From NCBI RefSeq assembly GCF_006345805.1, contig NC_043020.1:12648001-12712000 (forward strand): a stretch of DNA of 64,000 bases, written 5' to 3'. The stretch comes from Octopus sinensis. Taxonomy: Eukaryota. How positions within the stretch are numbered: position 1 is the first letter of the stretch; every line of letters starts with the position of its first letter. This document shows positions 23,198-36,004 of the stretch, in pieces. A program made the translations under genes and the position numbers. The notes under the pieces are model-generated. The model was not told the DNA's origin. It saw only the letters and a program-made list of their open reading frames with translations, and searched no databases.

Positions 23198-25097
23198 CAG
23201 TCTGAGATGCAGTAAGGGCTCCTACTGTCAGATGCTTCCCAGCTCCTGTTACCCACTGTTACAAATTCGTATTTCTGTGTATATATGTGTTCGTGTGTGT
23301 GTCTTAAGGTCCGACGAGATTTTAAACACCGATTCTTACCTCTGATTTCAAGTTGAACGAATGAAAGAGATCCCACCATACACACACGACATGTACCCTG
23401 GCCCTAGCTAAGATTCCTTGATAATATAAGGTCATGTGCCGCCCTATATATGTCATCATAAACCAGTCTGAGACGCAGTAAGGGCTCCTACTGTCAGATG
23501 CTTCCCAGCTCCTGTTACCCACTGCTACAAATTCGTATTTCTGTGTATTTATGTATATGTGTTCGTGTGTGTGTCTTAAGGTCCGACGAGATTTTAAACA
23601 CCGATTCTCACCTCTGATTTCAAGTTGAACGAATGAAAGAGATCCCACCATACACACACGACATGAACCCTGGCCCTAGCTAAGATTCCTTGATAATATA
23701 AGGTCATGTGCCGCCCTATATATGTCATCGTAAACCAGTCTGAGATGCAGTAAGGGCTCCTACTGTCAGATGCTTCCCAGCTCCTGTTACCCACTGCTAC
23801 AAATTCGTATTTCTGTGTATTTATGTATATGTGTTCGTGTGTGTGTCTTAAGGTCCGACGAGATTTTAAACACCGATTCTCACCTCTGATTTCAAGTTGA
23901 ACGAATGAAAGAGATCCCACCATACACACACGACATGAACCCTGGCCCTAGCTAAGATTCCTTGATAATATAAGGTCATGTGCCGCCCTATATATGTCAT
24001 CATAAACCAGTCTGAGATGCAGTAAGGGCTCCTACTGTCAGATGCTTCCCGGCTCCTGTTACCCACTGCTACAAATTCGTATTTCTGTGTATATATTATA
24101 TGTGTTCGTGTGTGTGTGTCTTAGGTCCGACGAGATTTTAAACACCGATCCTTACCTCTAATTTCAAGTTGAACGAATGAAAGAGACCCCACCATACACA
24201 CACGACATGTACCCTGGCCCTAGCTAAGATTCCTTGATAATATAAGGTCATGTGCCGCCCTATATATGTCATCGTAAACCAGTCTGAGATGCAGTAAGGG
24301 CTCATACTGTCAGATGCTTCCCAGCTCCTGTTACCCACTGCTACAAATTCGTATTTCTGTGTATTTATGTATATGTGTTCATGTGTGTGTCTTAAGGTCC
24401 GACGAGATTTTAAACACCGATTCTCACCTCTGATTTCAAGTTGAACGAATGAAAGAGATCCCACCATACACACACGACATGAACCCTGGCCCTAGCTAAG
24501 ATTCCTTGATAATATAAGGTCATGTGCCGCCCTATATATGTCATCATAAACCAGTCTGAGATGCAGTAAGGGCTCCTACTGTCAGATGCTTCCCGGCTCC
24601 TGTTACCCACTGCTACAAATTCGTATTTCTGTGTATATATGTATATGTGTTCGTGTGTGTGTCTTAAGGTCCGACGAGATTTTAAACACCGATCCTTACC
24701 TCTAATTTCAAGTTGAACGAATGAAAGAGACCCCACCATACACACACGACATGTACCCTGGCCCTAGCTAAGATTCCTTGATAATATAAGGTCATGTGCC
24801 GCCCTATATATGTCATCATAAACCAGTCTGAGATGCAGTAAGGGCTCCTACTGTCAGATGCTTCCCAGCTCCTGTTACCCACTGCTACAAATTCGTATTT
24901 CTGTGTATATATGTATATGTGTTCGTGTGGTGTGTCTTAAGGTCCGACGAGATTTTAAACACCGATTCTTACCACTAATTTCAAGTTGAACGAATGAAAG
25001 AGATCCCACCATACACACACGGCATGAACCCTGGCCCTAGCTAAGATTCCTTGATAATATAAGGTCATGTGCCGCCCTATATATGTCATCACAAACC
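23198..25097. repeat. ~272-bp tandem repeat, 7 copies, in ASB intron 1
   Basis: Recurring ORFs are offset by 272 bp; 1900 bp / 7 is about 271. Confidence 0.92.
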
Positions 25098-26469
25098 GCA
25101 TAAATTTATGCAGTTACATAATTATATAAAGTTATGTATATCGACATTCCTTCATATTACATATGACAGCTGCAGGCTGGCCAGAAGCCAGATTATAAAT
25201 ATATACAATACAAACACAATTGTTGTTCAATTTTCTAAAGAAACACACTACAATGGGTCATAGGTGATAGTCTTCTGGTCGAGTACACACCTGTAGTATG
25301 TTGTTTAAAGCTCCATTCATAGTATTCGATTACCTGATGGCAATAACTATATGATGGTATGTCATTGGGTTTACTTCAGAAATTCTTTTGGTTCCGTAGA
25401 ATTTCTCAAAAATACGAGAGGAAGAAAATGGAATTCACTAGACGAATAAAGGACATCGTGAATTCATTTTTCTTTCTCTCATATGTGTGTGTATGTGTCG
25501 TCAGGGGATCATATGTCCGAAAAAGAAGCACACTCTAGAAGTTGGAGCCGTAATGTAGTTATATGAAGTTAAATATATGTCCGGTCATGGGGTGACCAAT
25601 GGTTTCGCTTCCATAAAGCACTTAGCTTCATATGCCTATATATTTCTTTACTACCCCACAAGGGGCTAAACACAGAGGGGACAAACAAGGACAGACAAAC
25701 GGATTAAGTCGATTACATCGACCCCAGTGCGTGACTGGTACTTAATTTATCGACCCCGAAAGGATGAAAGGCAAAGTCGACCTTGGCGGAATTTGAACTC
25801 AGAACGTAGCAGCAGACAAAATACCTATTTCTTTACTACCCACAAGGGGCTAAACACAGAGGGGACAAACAAGGACAGACATAGGTATTAAGTCGATTGC
25901 ATCGACCCCAGTGCGTAACTGGTACTTAATTTATCGACCCCGAAAGGATGAAAGGCAAAGTCGACCTCGGCGGAATTTGAACTCGGAACGTAAACGGCAG
26001 ACGAAATACGGCTACGCATTTCGCCCGGCGTGCTAACGTTTCTGCCAGCTCGCCGCTCCGGTCATCGAGTGACAAATGGTTTCGCTTCCATAAAGCGCTT
26101 AGCTTCACATACCTATAACTATATAATTATAGAGGCCGAAGATGGAATATACGAGAAACTTTATTGCTCGCAATAATCGTTTCGACAATCCTTCATCGGT
26201 TCCTCGCGGGTGGGACACTGTACATACAAGCGGGTGTGGTGCAATCCTCGGGTGCAGAAGTGTCTCGTCATGTGATATTATAAAGGGTATCTCGTTTATC
26301 TCTATCATTTATTATATACTCAACGAACACAGGAATTCCTGAGGCAGATCCAGAGACAGTTCTGTAAATACCGTGGATGAAGTCAGGTAGCCATAGGCAG
26401 TGAACGAGCTTCATCGTCTAACTACTGGGAACATACCCAATACTTAAATAATTACATTATATATATATA

Positions 26470-26519
<50 letters not shown>

Positions 26520-26532
26520 ATATATATATATA

Positions 26533-26800
26533 CGTATTTCAAAATAGAAAATTACCCTTTAACGGGTAATTTTTACATGCTAGAAATAGCAGCCAACACG
26601 GCCAAAAACCACAATTTTATAGCAAATTTCGAAGTACATGAAAAATAAAAACCTTTGAGGTAAAGGTTTTTATTTTTTTTTTTTCATTTTTCATGTACTT
26701 CGAAATTTGCTATAAAATTGTGGTTTTTTGGCCGTGTTGGCTGCTATTTCTAGCATGTAAAAATTAACTGTTAAAGGGTAATTTTCTATTTTGAAATACG
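26533..26800. repeat. 268-bp near-perfect palindrome in ASB intron 1
   Basis: cgtatttcaaaatagaaaattaccc...aaccttt-gaggt-aaaggtt...gggtaattttctattttgaaatacg. Confidence 0.88.
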
Positions 26801-27075
26801 AATATGTTGCGAAGGGGATAATTATAAATATTTTTTCCTTTAAATTCTTATAAAGATTTTATCCTATTTTAAAATTTATATATATATGTATAATTCCAAG
26901 GCAGGTGAGGGAATTACAAACAGGTGTATTAGCGTAGTGTTTGATCCAAAATAATGGTTATTCCACCAGATTGTTCTGAGAAAGACCATCTGATATACAA
27001 CTGATAAACCGATATTTTTGTTTTGCCATTCCATAAATTTCCTTCAGCTGTTTCTATTTCAATATTTTTCTTTTT

Positions 27076-27496
27076 GGCAATCTTTCGTCCCTAGTAGACC
27101 TTTCCGTCGATTTCCGTAAAAAAATTCTTTTTTTTTTTACATATGGGCTTGCGGGAACTTTTGAAGTAATGAGAGCGAAAGAGACTAAGAGAAAGCGATT
27201 GTATGACGAGGGAAGTTCTTTTGAAGTTACCGTGCATGTGAAGCATTGATGTACATGTGTGTGTGTTTGATGGGGTGTGGGAGACAGACAGTATGTTGTG
27301 TAAGTGAAGTGCTTCTGTTAGTGTGTGTGAAGAGACAGAGTAATGTGTGAAAGAGAGAGATAACTGAAATTTTTTACTCGGTGTATGTGTATATGTATGT
27401 ATATTACTTCAAAAGTTCCCGCAAGCCCATATGTAAAAAAAAAAAAAAAATTTTACGGAAATCGACGGAAAGGTCTACTAGAGACGAAAGATCGCC
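27076..27496. mobile_element. MITE with ~94-bp TIRs (GGC...GCC ends); collapsed derivative at 63784-63854
   Basis: 27076-27170 is the reverse complement of 27403-27496; inserted in a T-run. Confidence 0.85.
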
Positions 27497-28792
27497 TTTT
27501 TTTTTTATTTCTTTAGAATATTAAACGATTTTCGTGTTTCGTAATTTGCGTTTTATTTATTTGTTTATTTATTTTTGTTTATGGTTGTAATATGTAGTTA
27601 GGAGTCGTCTCCCTTTGATCTAATGAGCCGAATTAATTTGGTTTGCTGTAACCAAGAAAAAGGGGAAAAAAAGAGTAAATTACTATGAAACAAACAAACA
27701 AAAATAAAAGGAAAATGTGTCGCCCTTGCTTGAAGGTGAATAAATGATTATCATCAGATAAAACTGTCTAAAATAATATTTAAAAAATTTCAAATTAGAA
27801 AATAAAACGTCCGATTCATTTGCGCATGCGTGGGTGCGCTTGTGCGGTCTCCAAATGTGCGTCTTTAAATGTTTACACTGTGACGACCGTCTATTTTTTT
27901 TCCAACCTTGACCATCTCGTTTTCTCACTCATTTCACACCCTGCCGTCCCTTTTTTTTTTTTTTAATGTATACACGGGGGATCTTTTCGGTTTGAACGAC
28001 AGTTTTTTCTGGCGGTGTCATATGAAATTGTCACCCATAATTATGACCCTAGTATCGATCTATTGCATTTCAATCTGTTTTAGGGTTAGGGCTAGGGGTG
28101 GGTGAAGGGTATCTTTTTTTTCTTCACAAATGTAAATAAACCCAATCTGTTTCTTAAACGAGGGACATATTCATACGACACAGAATGTTTTTTTTTACCT
28201 CAATAGACGTCATTGATTGGCTGAAATTGCAGAAAGTGAAGAAAAAAATATCTTACAAACCATAGAATTTTCTCAATAAAGCCAAGAGAAAAATATGTTT
28301 TATAAACATATTCTACCAGTATACGAAGAATTCTACCACTATACACGAAAGATTTCTTGGCCACTCACCAGGTATTTTGTGGAGTGGATACAGTTAATTA
28401 ATTGGTTTTATTAACTGACCGTTAATTTTACAACCCAGTGACTCACAGATATAAGAAAAGACAGCAGAGTGATATTAACAGAGGTGTGCAGAAGTAAATC
28501 ATTTGTTAGTTGCTTGTTCTGTCTGTGTTCCAATCTGACTTGAGTTAGCTCTAACCTCTCCTTAGCCCTACAGAATCAAATAAGTAATTAATGATATGCG
28601 TAACCCTTTTGATACTAACCCACCTGAAACTGCCTCTGGCTCTGTAGTACAAATGTCTTATTTTCATAAATTCTACATTAAAATCTTCCACCAAACCTTA
28701 GTCACAATTTATGTTCCTAACACTAGATAAATGATTACTAAGTCATTTTATTAAATTCTTTGTTATATTCAAAATTAATTGAAAGAAATACA

Positions 28793-30270
28793 GGCGCAGG
28801 AGTAGCTGTGTGGTAAGTAGCTTGTTTACCAACCACATGGTTCCGGGTTCAGTCCCACTGCATGGCACCTTAGGCAAGTGTCTTCTACTATAGCCTCGGG
28901 CCGACCAAAGCCTTGTGAGTAGATTTGGTAGACGGAAACTGAAAGAAGCCCGTCGTATATATGTATATATATATATGTGTGTGTATGTGTTTGTGTGTCT
29001 GTGTTTGTCCCCCTAGCATTGCTTGACAACCAATGCTGGTGTGTTTATGTCCCCTTTACTTAGTGGTTCGGCAAAAGAGACTGATAGATTAAGTACTGGG
29101 CTTAGAAAAGAATAAGTCCCGGGGTCGAGTTGCTTGATTAAAGGCGGTGCTCCAGCATGGCCGCAGTCAAATGACTGAAACAAGTAAAAGAGTAAAGAGA
29201 GAGCATCTCCAAATAAATATGGTAACAAAAGGGTTAAACAGCTATGGGATCAACATAATAATTACCAGTAATATCCTGGACCATTTCTCATTTCTCTCAT
29301 ATACACTCATTCTTCCAGTTCCCTGCCAAGAAGATCCTTGTTATTGCAACATTTTTTTCGTATAAAAAAACTCTTCTTTATAATAACCTTTTTGATCGTT
29401 ATTATTAAGTCCTCTACAAATAGGTGCAGGAGTGGCTGTGTGGTAAGTAGCTTGCTAACCAACCACATGGTTCCGGGTTCAGTCCCACTGCGTGGCATCT
29501 TGGGCAAGTGTCTTCTGCGATAGCCCCGGGCCGACCAATGCCTTGTGAGTGGATTTGGTAGACGGAAACTGAAAGAAGCCTGTCGTATATATGTATATAT
29601 ATATGTGTGTGTATATGTTTGTGTGTCTGTGTTTGTCCCCCTAGCATTGCTTGACAACCGATGCTGGTGTGTTTACGTCCCCGTTACCTAGCGGTTCGGC
29701 AAAAGAGGCCGATAGAATAAGTACTGAGCTTACAAAGAATAAGTTCCGGGGTCGATTTGCTCGACTAAAGGCGGTGCTCCAGCATGGCCACAGTCAAATG
29801 ACTAAAACAAGTAAAAGAGTAAAAGAGTAAATGTCATTTAGTCCTCCACATCATAACAATTTCTGCAAGTATCATTTAAACTGGCACTCCATTGGTTATG
29901 ACGACAAAGAGTCCAGTTGATCTGATCGACAGAACAGCCAGCTCATAAAATCAACATGCAAGTGGTTGAGCACTCCACTGACACATGTGCCCTTAACATA
30001 GTTCTGAGGGAGATTCAGCATAACACAGAAAGCGACACAGCTGGCCCTTTGAATTACAGGTACTCTCTTTATTCTTTTACTTGTTTCAGTCATTTGACTG
30101 CGGCCATGCTGGAGCACCACCTTTAATCGAGCAACTCGACCCCGGGACTTATTCTTTGTAAGCCCAGTACTTATTCTATCGGTCTCTTTTGCCGAACCAC
30201 TAAGTGACGGGGACATAAACACACCAGCATCGGTTGTCAAGCAATGCTAGGGGGACAAACACACACACGC

Positions 30271-30310
<40 letters not shown>

Positions 30311-30469
30311 GACAGGCTTCTTTCAGTTTCCCTCTACCAAATCCACTCACAAGGCTTTGGTCGGCTCGAGGCTATAGTAGAAGACACTTGCCCAAGGTGC
30401 CACGCAGTGGGACTGAACCCGGAACCATGTGGTTGGTAAACAAGCTACTTACCACACAGCCACTCCTGC
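28793..30469. mobile_element. SINE A copies 28793-29200 (+), 29423-29830 (+), 30062-30469 (-), plus a partial SINE D
   Basis: Family consensus sequence recognised directly. Confidence 0.85.
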
Positions 30470-30661
30470 GTACTACTCGTTTTCACCAGCTAAGTGGACA
30501 GGAGCAATGAAAAATAAAGCATCTTGCTGAAGGATATAATGCGCTACTGTGAATCACAACCAATCAAACTCACAATAATGGGCTGAAGTACCCTAACCAC
30601 TAAACCACATGCAAGTATAGTTACATTCTCTAAAATCATCATTTCATACTCATCAATTGTT

Positions 30662-31144
30662 CATCATCATCATTGTTTGACTGTGGTCGAGACAATGGAA
30701 TTTACCATGCTACGCCAGACTTCACGGTCCATCATGGCATTACGGAGGTCCTGTTGCTGGATGCCTGTATCCCTGGAGATTACATCAGGGTAGGAGAGTG
30801 TGCACCCTCTGGTATCGCGAGCAGATGGCTTCCAGAGAAGAAAAGTAGAAATTGCCTTGTTTTCAGCTCTACAACAATGTCCAGCAAACTGGACTCTCCT
30901 ACCTTTCACAAGAGATGACACAGGTGATAGTTTCCCATATATTTGCATTTTGGTTGGATGGCGCTTCCACGAGAGATTTTGAGCTCTCATAAGGAGGCGA
31001 GTGTAGGTTCCATCCAACCGCCTCTCAAGCTTCTTTGATAACGTCCAGGTTTCTGAGCCATATAGTAGAATTGGTTGGACTGTGGCTTTGAAGATTTCAA
31101 GTTTGAAGTCTCTATTTAGATTTGATGACCAGATCTTATGCATG
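30662..31144 (-). mobile_element. RTE-clade LINE 3' fragment with 12-bp TSD (tcatcaattgtt)
   Basis: Near-identical to the 15.2-kb copy. TSD at 30650-30661 and 31145-31156. Ends about 150 bp upstream of ASB exon 2. Confidence 0.9.
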
Positions 31145-31297
31145 TCATCAATTGTTAAGTCATCTGCAAATATTGTTACATTCTCTACAACCATTATCAT
31201 TGGCTCTTCAAACATTATTACATTTTTTACACCCATCATCATATCTTCAACAAATAATATTACTTTCCCTACAAACGTTTTTATTTTGTGTTTACAG

Positions 31298-31482
31298 TGG
31301 ACACTGTTTATCCTCTACAAAAGGCTGCCCGTGATGGCAGAGCTGATATTCTGAAGTTGCTGGTTAAAAAATATGGAATGAATGTCAACTGCCAAACATA
31401 CGATTTGGTGACCCCTTTACATGAAGCCAGTGCCTGGGGTCACATGAGTTGCGTCACTGAACTCATTCAGTTAGATGCTTCG
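31298..31482 (+). CDS. ASB13: ASB13-like exon 2 (185 nt; ankyrin repeats 1-2)
   Basis: Acceptor ttttgtgtttacag and donor GTAAGG. Encodes DTVYPLQKAARDGRADILKLLVKKYGMNVNCQTYDLVTPLHEASAWGHMSCVTELIQLDAS with TPLH ankyrin motif. Confidence 0.92.
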
Positions 31483-33002
31483 GTAAGGTAATTTTATTGT
31501 CATTCTTCAGTCATTCTCCACTCTTTCGTAAAGCTTGTTTATAGCCAAGAGTCTAGAATTCTTAAAGGAAATATTTTTAATATGGCTTTTAGTTAAGTCA
31601 GAGGGTGGTTGGAATCTTTGCTAATATAATGGAATCTTTTCTAATATAATGGCTTTTAGTTAAGTCAGAGGGTGGTTGGAATCTTTGCTAATATAATGGA
31701 GTGACTCATTTGTTTTTCTCTCTGAGCAGTAAAGGCCATTATCTGGGTTGAATATCAAATCAAGGAATTTGACCAACCCAAGGTTAGATTCAACAGTAAT
31801 TTTTCATTCTAATACCCTAAAGAATTTGTGGAGTTCCTTCATAATTTGGTTGATATTCTGTGGGTTATTATTTGTTATGGGTGTGAGTTTATCATTTCAG
31901 TAGAGACAACCCATGAACATTTATGGTTTATGAGAAAGTGTTTATTTGTTCCTATACTAAAAAGTCTTTTCTTCTCTTCAATTTGACATTGAGTGAAAAT
32001 GGTGTCTTAAACCATTTAATTTTTCACTTTTTTTTTGTTTTTGCTTTGTAGGTATCAATTTTAGTGATTGGTATGTATGTTTTTTTTTTTAAAACCACTG
32101 GCTTCTACAATTGTGCTTTAGTATGGTGTACCTTTCTTGCATATTCCATTATTAGATGAGAGAGTAGATAGTAGATAGTCATAGTCATCAGCTGAAATTA
32201 ATTAACAGGTTTTTAAATACTATCAATGGGTAGCAAGAGCCTTTGCACATTTTTTCATTCATTTTTAAGCCCATTTTTCCATGCTAGCATGGGTTAGATG
32301 AATATTTCATTGAGGCATTGCTTTACAGCCCTTCTTGTGCTAACCCTTACTTGCTTTCAAATAAGGGATTTCTTATTGTCTGCAAAAGCACAAAGCCAGT
32401 AGATGGTTTGTTGACCTGGAAAGTGACAATAACATCACTGCTGGTAGCACTGATTATTTTTGGAAATGTGCAGATGAAAGCAGTCACACACACACACAAA
32501 TATACAAATCTAGATTGTGTGTGTATATATATACACAGTTGAAACACTCCTGTCACAACCTGGGACCTTGAAGCCTGCTTTAATACAAGAAAGTATACTA
32601 GTCCCTTAATATTTGATATTCAATATTTCATCTATTCAATAAGACAATCAATACTTCTTTTCATTTTACTATATATACTATTTATCTATATATTCTATAT
32701 TCTACATTAATATAATAAAGAATATAAATAAAACATTAAAAACAGAGTTGGAATTCCTTTGAATAATATATATATCCCTCTATACACAGTCATACAAACC
32801 GCTTTATATATATATATATATATATATAAAATTAGAAAAAAACCCACCTTTTATCAATTCAAAATGAACAATTAAATTACACCATCTAGAAAATTACATA
32901 TAATAGAAATATAAAAATTAAAATAATAACAAAATGTCAATGATTAAGTAAATTGCAAAAAAATAATAAAAACGTATATAATTATATATATACGTTTTTA
33001 TT

Positions 33003-33268
33003 ATATAATAATAATAATAATAATAATAATTGTGTACAGTGCTCAGGTGCACTACAACTCATCTAAAGTGTATATATAATCAGGTGTAGTTTCGGCGGAT
33101 TTCGGAAAGCATGAGGGCCTTAAAGGATGCAGTGTCATGGCAGTCAACAACTGACGCAGGCAGTTTATTCCATGCTTCAGCAACTCTGAGCGTGAAAAAA
33201 TGTTTCCGAAAGTCATGGGAGCTGTGTTGTTTTCTGACTTTGTAGGCATGTCCACGTGTGTTAGACAC
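33003..33268 (-). mobile_element. CR1-clade LINE 3' fragment, same subfamily as 12.6 kb
   Basis: SNTRGHAYKVRKQHSSHDFRKHFFTLRVAEAWNKLP; same 3' UTR and tail. Confidence 0.9.
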
Positions 33269-33335
33269 ATGGAGATATATATATATATATAATATATTAT
33301 TATTAATATATATTAATATTATTATATATAAATAT

Positions 33336-33386
<51 letters not shown>

Positions 33387-33863
33387 CATGAGCACACAGA
33401 TATATGTGTGTGTTTGTGTACCTGTCACATGTACAGAAATCTTTATAAAAGTGGCGTATTTGCATTTTCCTCCCGGCTCAACAAAGCAAGGGGAGATAAT
33501 TACCACTTCATTAATGATAACATCTGCAATTGAAACAAAAGTGGGAGGTCTTGGTATTGATGAACGATGTCTATCCAAGACAAACAAAGGCTCTATGGTA
33601 CTATCACTATTGATATGCAGCTTTACCTATCTATGTACATCTAGATTATCTAACTATTTTAAATCTAATTACCTGGGTGATGTTAGATATTCTAGACTGC
33701 TCTGTTTTAAAAACATTTGGGGATGTTTAGGCAAATAACATTTTTTTTTAAAGTTGTTGTTTTTGGAATCCAACCAAAATTTTGTGTAATTGTTTATTTA
33801 ATAACAGGGTTGCAATTGGAATTCTAATTCATTTTAATATAGGCACTTCTCAGTGGGTTATAG

Positions 33864-35057
33864 TCTGTCTATCTATCTATCCGCTCACTCAAAGTCGACT
33901 CTCGGTCACTTGTTGGATCAGTGTCCTCCAGTCAGTTCTATCCTGGGCTGCTTCTTTCAGATTGGCCATGTCCATTCCGGTATCCCTCTTGATAGTGTCA
34001 AGCCAGTGGGTTCTTGGTCGGCCTCTTCCTCTCTTGCCACTGACCATTCCGAGCATGACGTCCTTCTCCAGGGATTTTCTCCGCATAATATGACCGAAAT
34101 ATGCCAATCTATGCTTTGTGATCCCAGCTTCTAGCGACATTTTGGGCCTGATCTGCTTAAGATATATATATATATATATATATCCGCTCAGTCAAAGTCA
34201 CTTGTTGGATCAGTGTCCTCCAGTCAGTTCTATCCTGGGCTGCTTCTTTCAGATTGGCTATGTCCATTCCGGTATCCCTCTTGATGGTGTCAAGCCAGCG
34301 GGTTCTTGGTCGGTCTCTTCCTCTCTTGCCACTGACCATTCTGAGCATGACGTCCTTCTCCAGGGATTTTCTCTGCATAATATGACCGAAATATGCCAAT
34401 CTATGCTTTGTGATCCCAGCTTCTAGCAACATTTTGGGACTGATCTGCTTAAGATATATATATATATATATATCCGCTCAGTCGAAGTCAACTCTCAGTT
34501 ACTTGTTGGATCAGTGTCCTCCAGTCAGTTCTATCCTGGGCTGCTTCTTTCAGATTGACTATGTCCATTCCGGTATCCCTCTTGATGGTGTCAAGCCAGC
34601 GGGTTCTTGGTCGGTCTCTTCCTCTCTTGCCACTGACCATTCTGAGCATGACGTCCTTCTCCAGGGATTTTCTCTGCATAATATGACCGAAATATGCCAA
34701 TCTATGCTTTGTGATCCCAGCTTCTAGCAACATTTTGGGACTGATCTGCTTAAGATATATATATATATATATATATCCGCTCAGTCGAAGTCAACTCTCA
34801 GTTACTTGTTGGATCAGTGTCCTCCAGTCAGTTCTATCCTGGGCTGCTTCTTTCAGATTGACTATGTCCATTCCGGTATCCCTCTTGATGGTGTCAAGCC
34901 AGCGGGTTCTTGGTCGGTCTCTTCCTCTCTTGCCACTGACCATTCTGAGTATGATGTCCTTCTCCAGGGATTTTCTCCGCATAATATGACCGAAATATGC
35001 CAATCTATGCTTGGTGATCCTAGCTTCTAGCGACATTTTCGGCCTGATCTACTTAAG
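33864..35057 (-). repeat. Four tandem ~300-bp copies of a BovB-like RTE LINE 3' end
   Basis: Each unit encodes LKQI.PKMSLEAGITKHRLAYFGHIM.RKSLEKD.ML.MVSGKRGR.RPRTRWLD...DRTDWR and ends in a microsatellite tail. Unit markers at 33881, 34184, 34474 and 34777. Confidence 0.92.
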
Positions 35058-35173
35058 AACTTCTATGGATCAAAAGTGTAAGAATTATAATACGATGGTA
35101 CCAAACAGTGGGACCCCAGGGCTGCAAGATACCACATTGGCTACTGAGGAAGAGCACAAGGATAATCATAATA

Positions 35174-35246
35174 GCGGAAATAGGTCAGTTGGGAGAGCGT
35201 TAGACTGAAGATCTAAAGGTCCCTGGTTCAATCCCGGGTTTCAGCA
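35174..35246 (+). tRNA. tRNA-Phe(GAA), degenerate/possible pseudogene, in ASB intron 2
   Basis: GCGGAAATAGGTCAGTTGGGAGAGCGTTAGACTGAAGATCTAAAGGTCCCTGGTTCAATCCCGGGTTTCAGCA is the metazoan tRNA-Phe with C3G, C11G and G70A. These give a G3-A70 acceptor-stem mismatch and a G11-G24 D-stem mismatch. A T5 run follows at 35254-35258. Confidence 0.9.
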
Positions 35247-35529
35247 TGGTTCATTTTTATTTTAAATTAAGTACCAGTTACGCACTGGGGTCGATGTAAT
35301 CGACTTAATACCTATGTCTGTCCTTGATTGTCCCCTCTATGTTTAGCCCCTTGTGGGTAATAAAGAAATAGGTATTAATGACGCGGAAGGGACCTGCCTG
35401 CTGATGTAGCCACCAGCGAACTGAGATCCCTGTGCTGCACAAAAGTCACAAAAATTGGCAATAGGTTGTAATAAAAAGGATTAATATTGCAAAATCAGAG
35501 TTCAGTGTACAGAAAAGTCCTTAAAAGTA

Positions 35530-35926
35530 GGCGCAGGAGTGGCTGTGTGGTAAGTAGCTTGTTTACCAACCACATGGTCCCGGGTTCAGTCCCACTGCGT
35601 GGGGCCTTGCGCAAGTGTCTTCTACTATAGCCTTGGGCCGACCAAAGCCTAGTGAGTGGATTTGGTAGACGGAAACTGAAAGAAGCACGTCGTATGTATG
35701 TATATATATACGTTTGTGTGTCTGTGTTTGTCCCCCTAGCATTGCATGACAACTGATGCTGGTGTGTTTATGTCCCTGTTACCTAGCGGTTCGGCAAAAG
35801 AAACTGATAGAATAAGTACTGGGCTTAGAAAAGAATAAGTCCCGGGGTTGAGTTGCTCGATTAAAGGCGGTGCTCCAGCATGGCCGCAGTCAAATGACTG
35901 AAACAAGTAAAAGAGTAAAGAGAGTA
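35530..35926 (+). mobile_element. SINE family A, 79 nt upstream of ASB exon 3
   Basis: Full-length forward copy. Confidence 0.88.
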
Positions 35927-36004
35927 CCCCCAAGATTTACGAGACATTTTACATTCTGTGGCTGTTTATTAATCAATGTGTATAATTTCCTGGTTTTTTT
36001 TTAG

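Noticed and set aside
23260-23275. AAUUUGUAGCAGUGGG (minus) resembling the U1 Sm site in the 272-bp unit
   Set aside because: No U1 5' sequence or stem-loops upstream; the match is too short.
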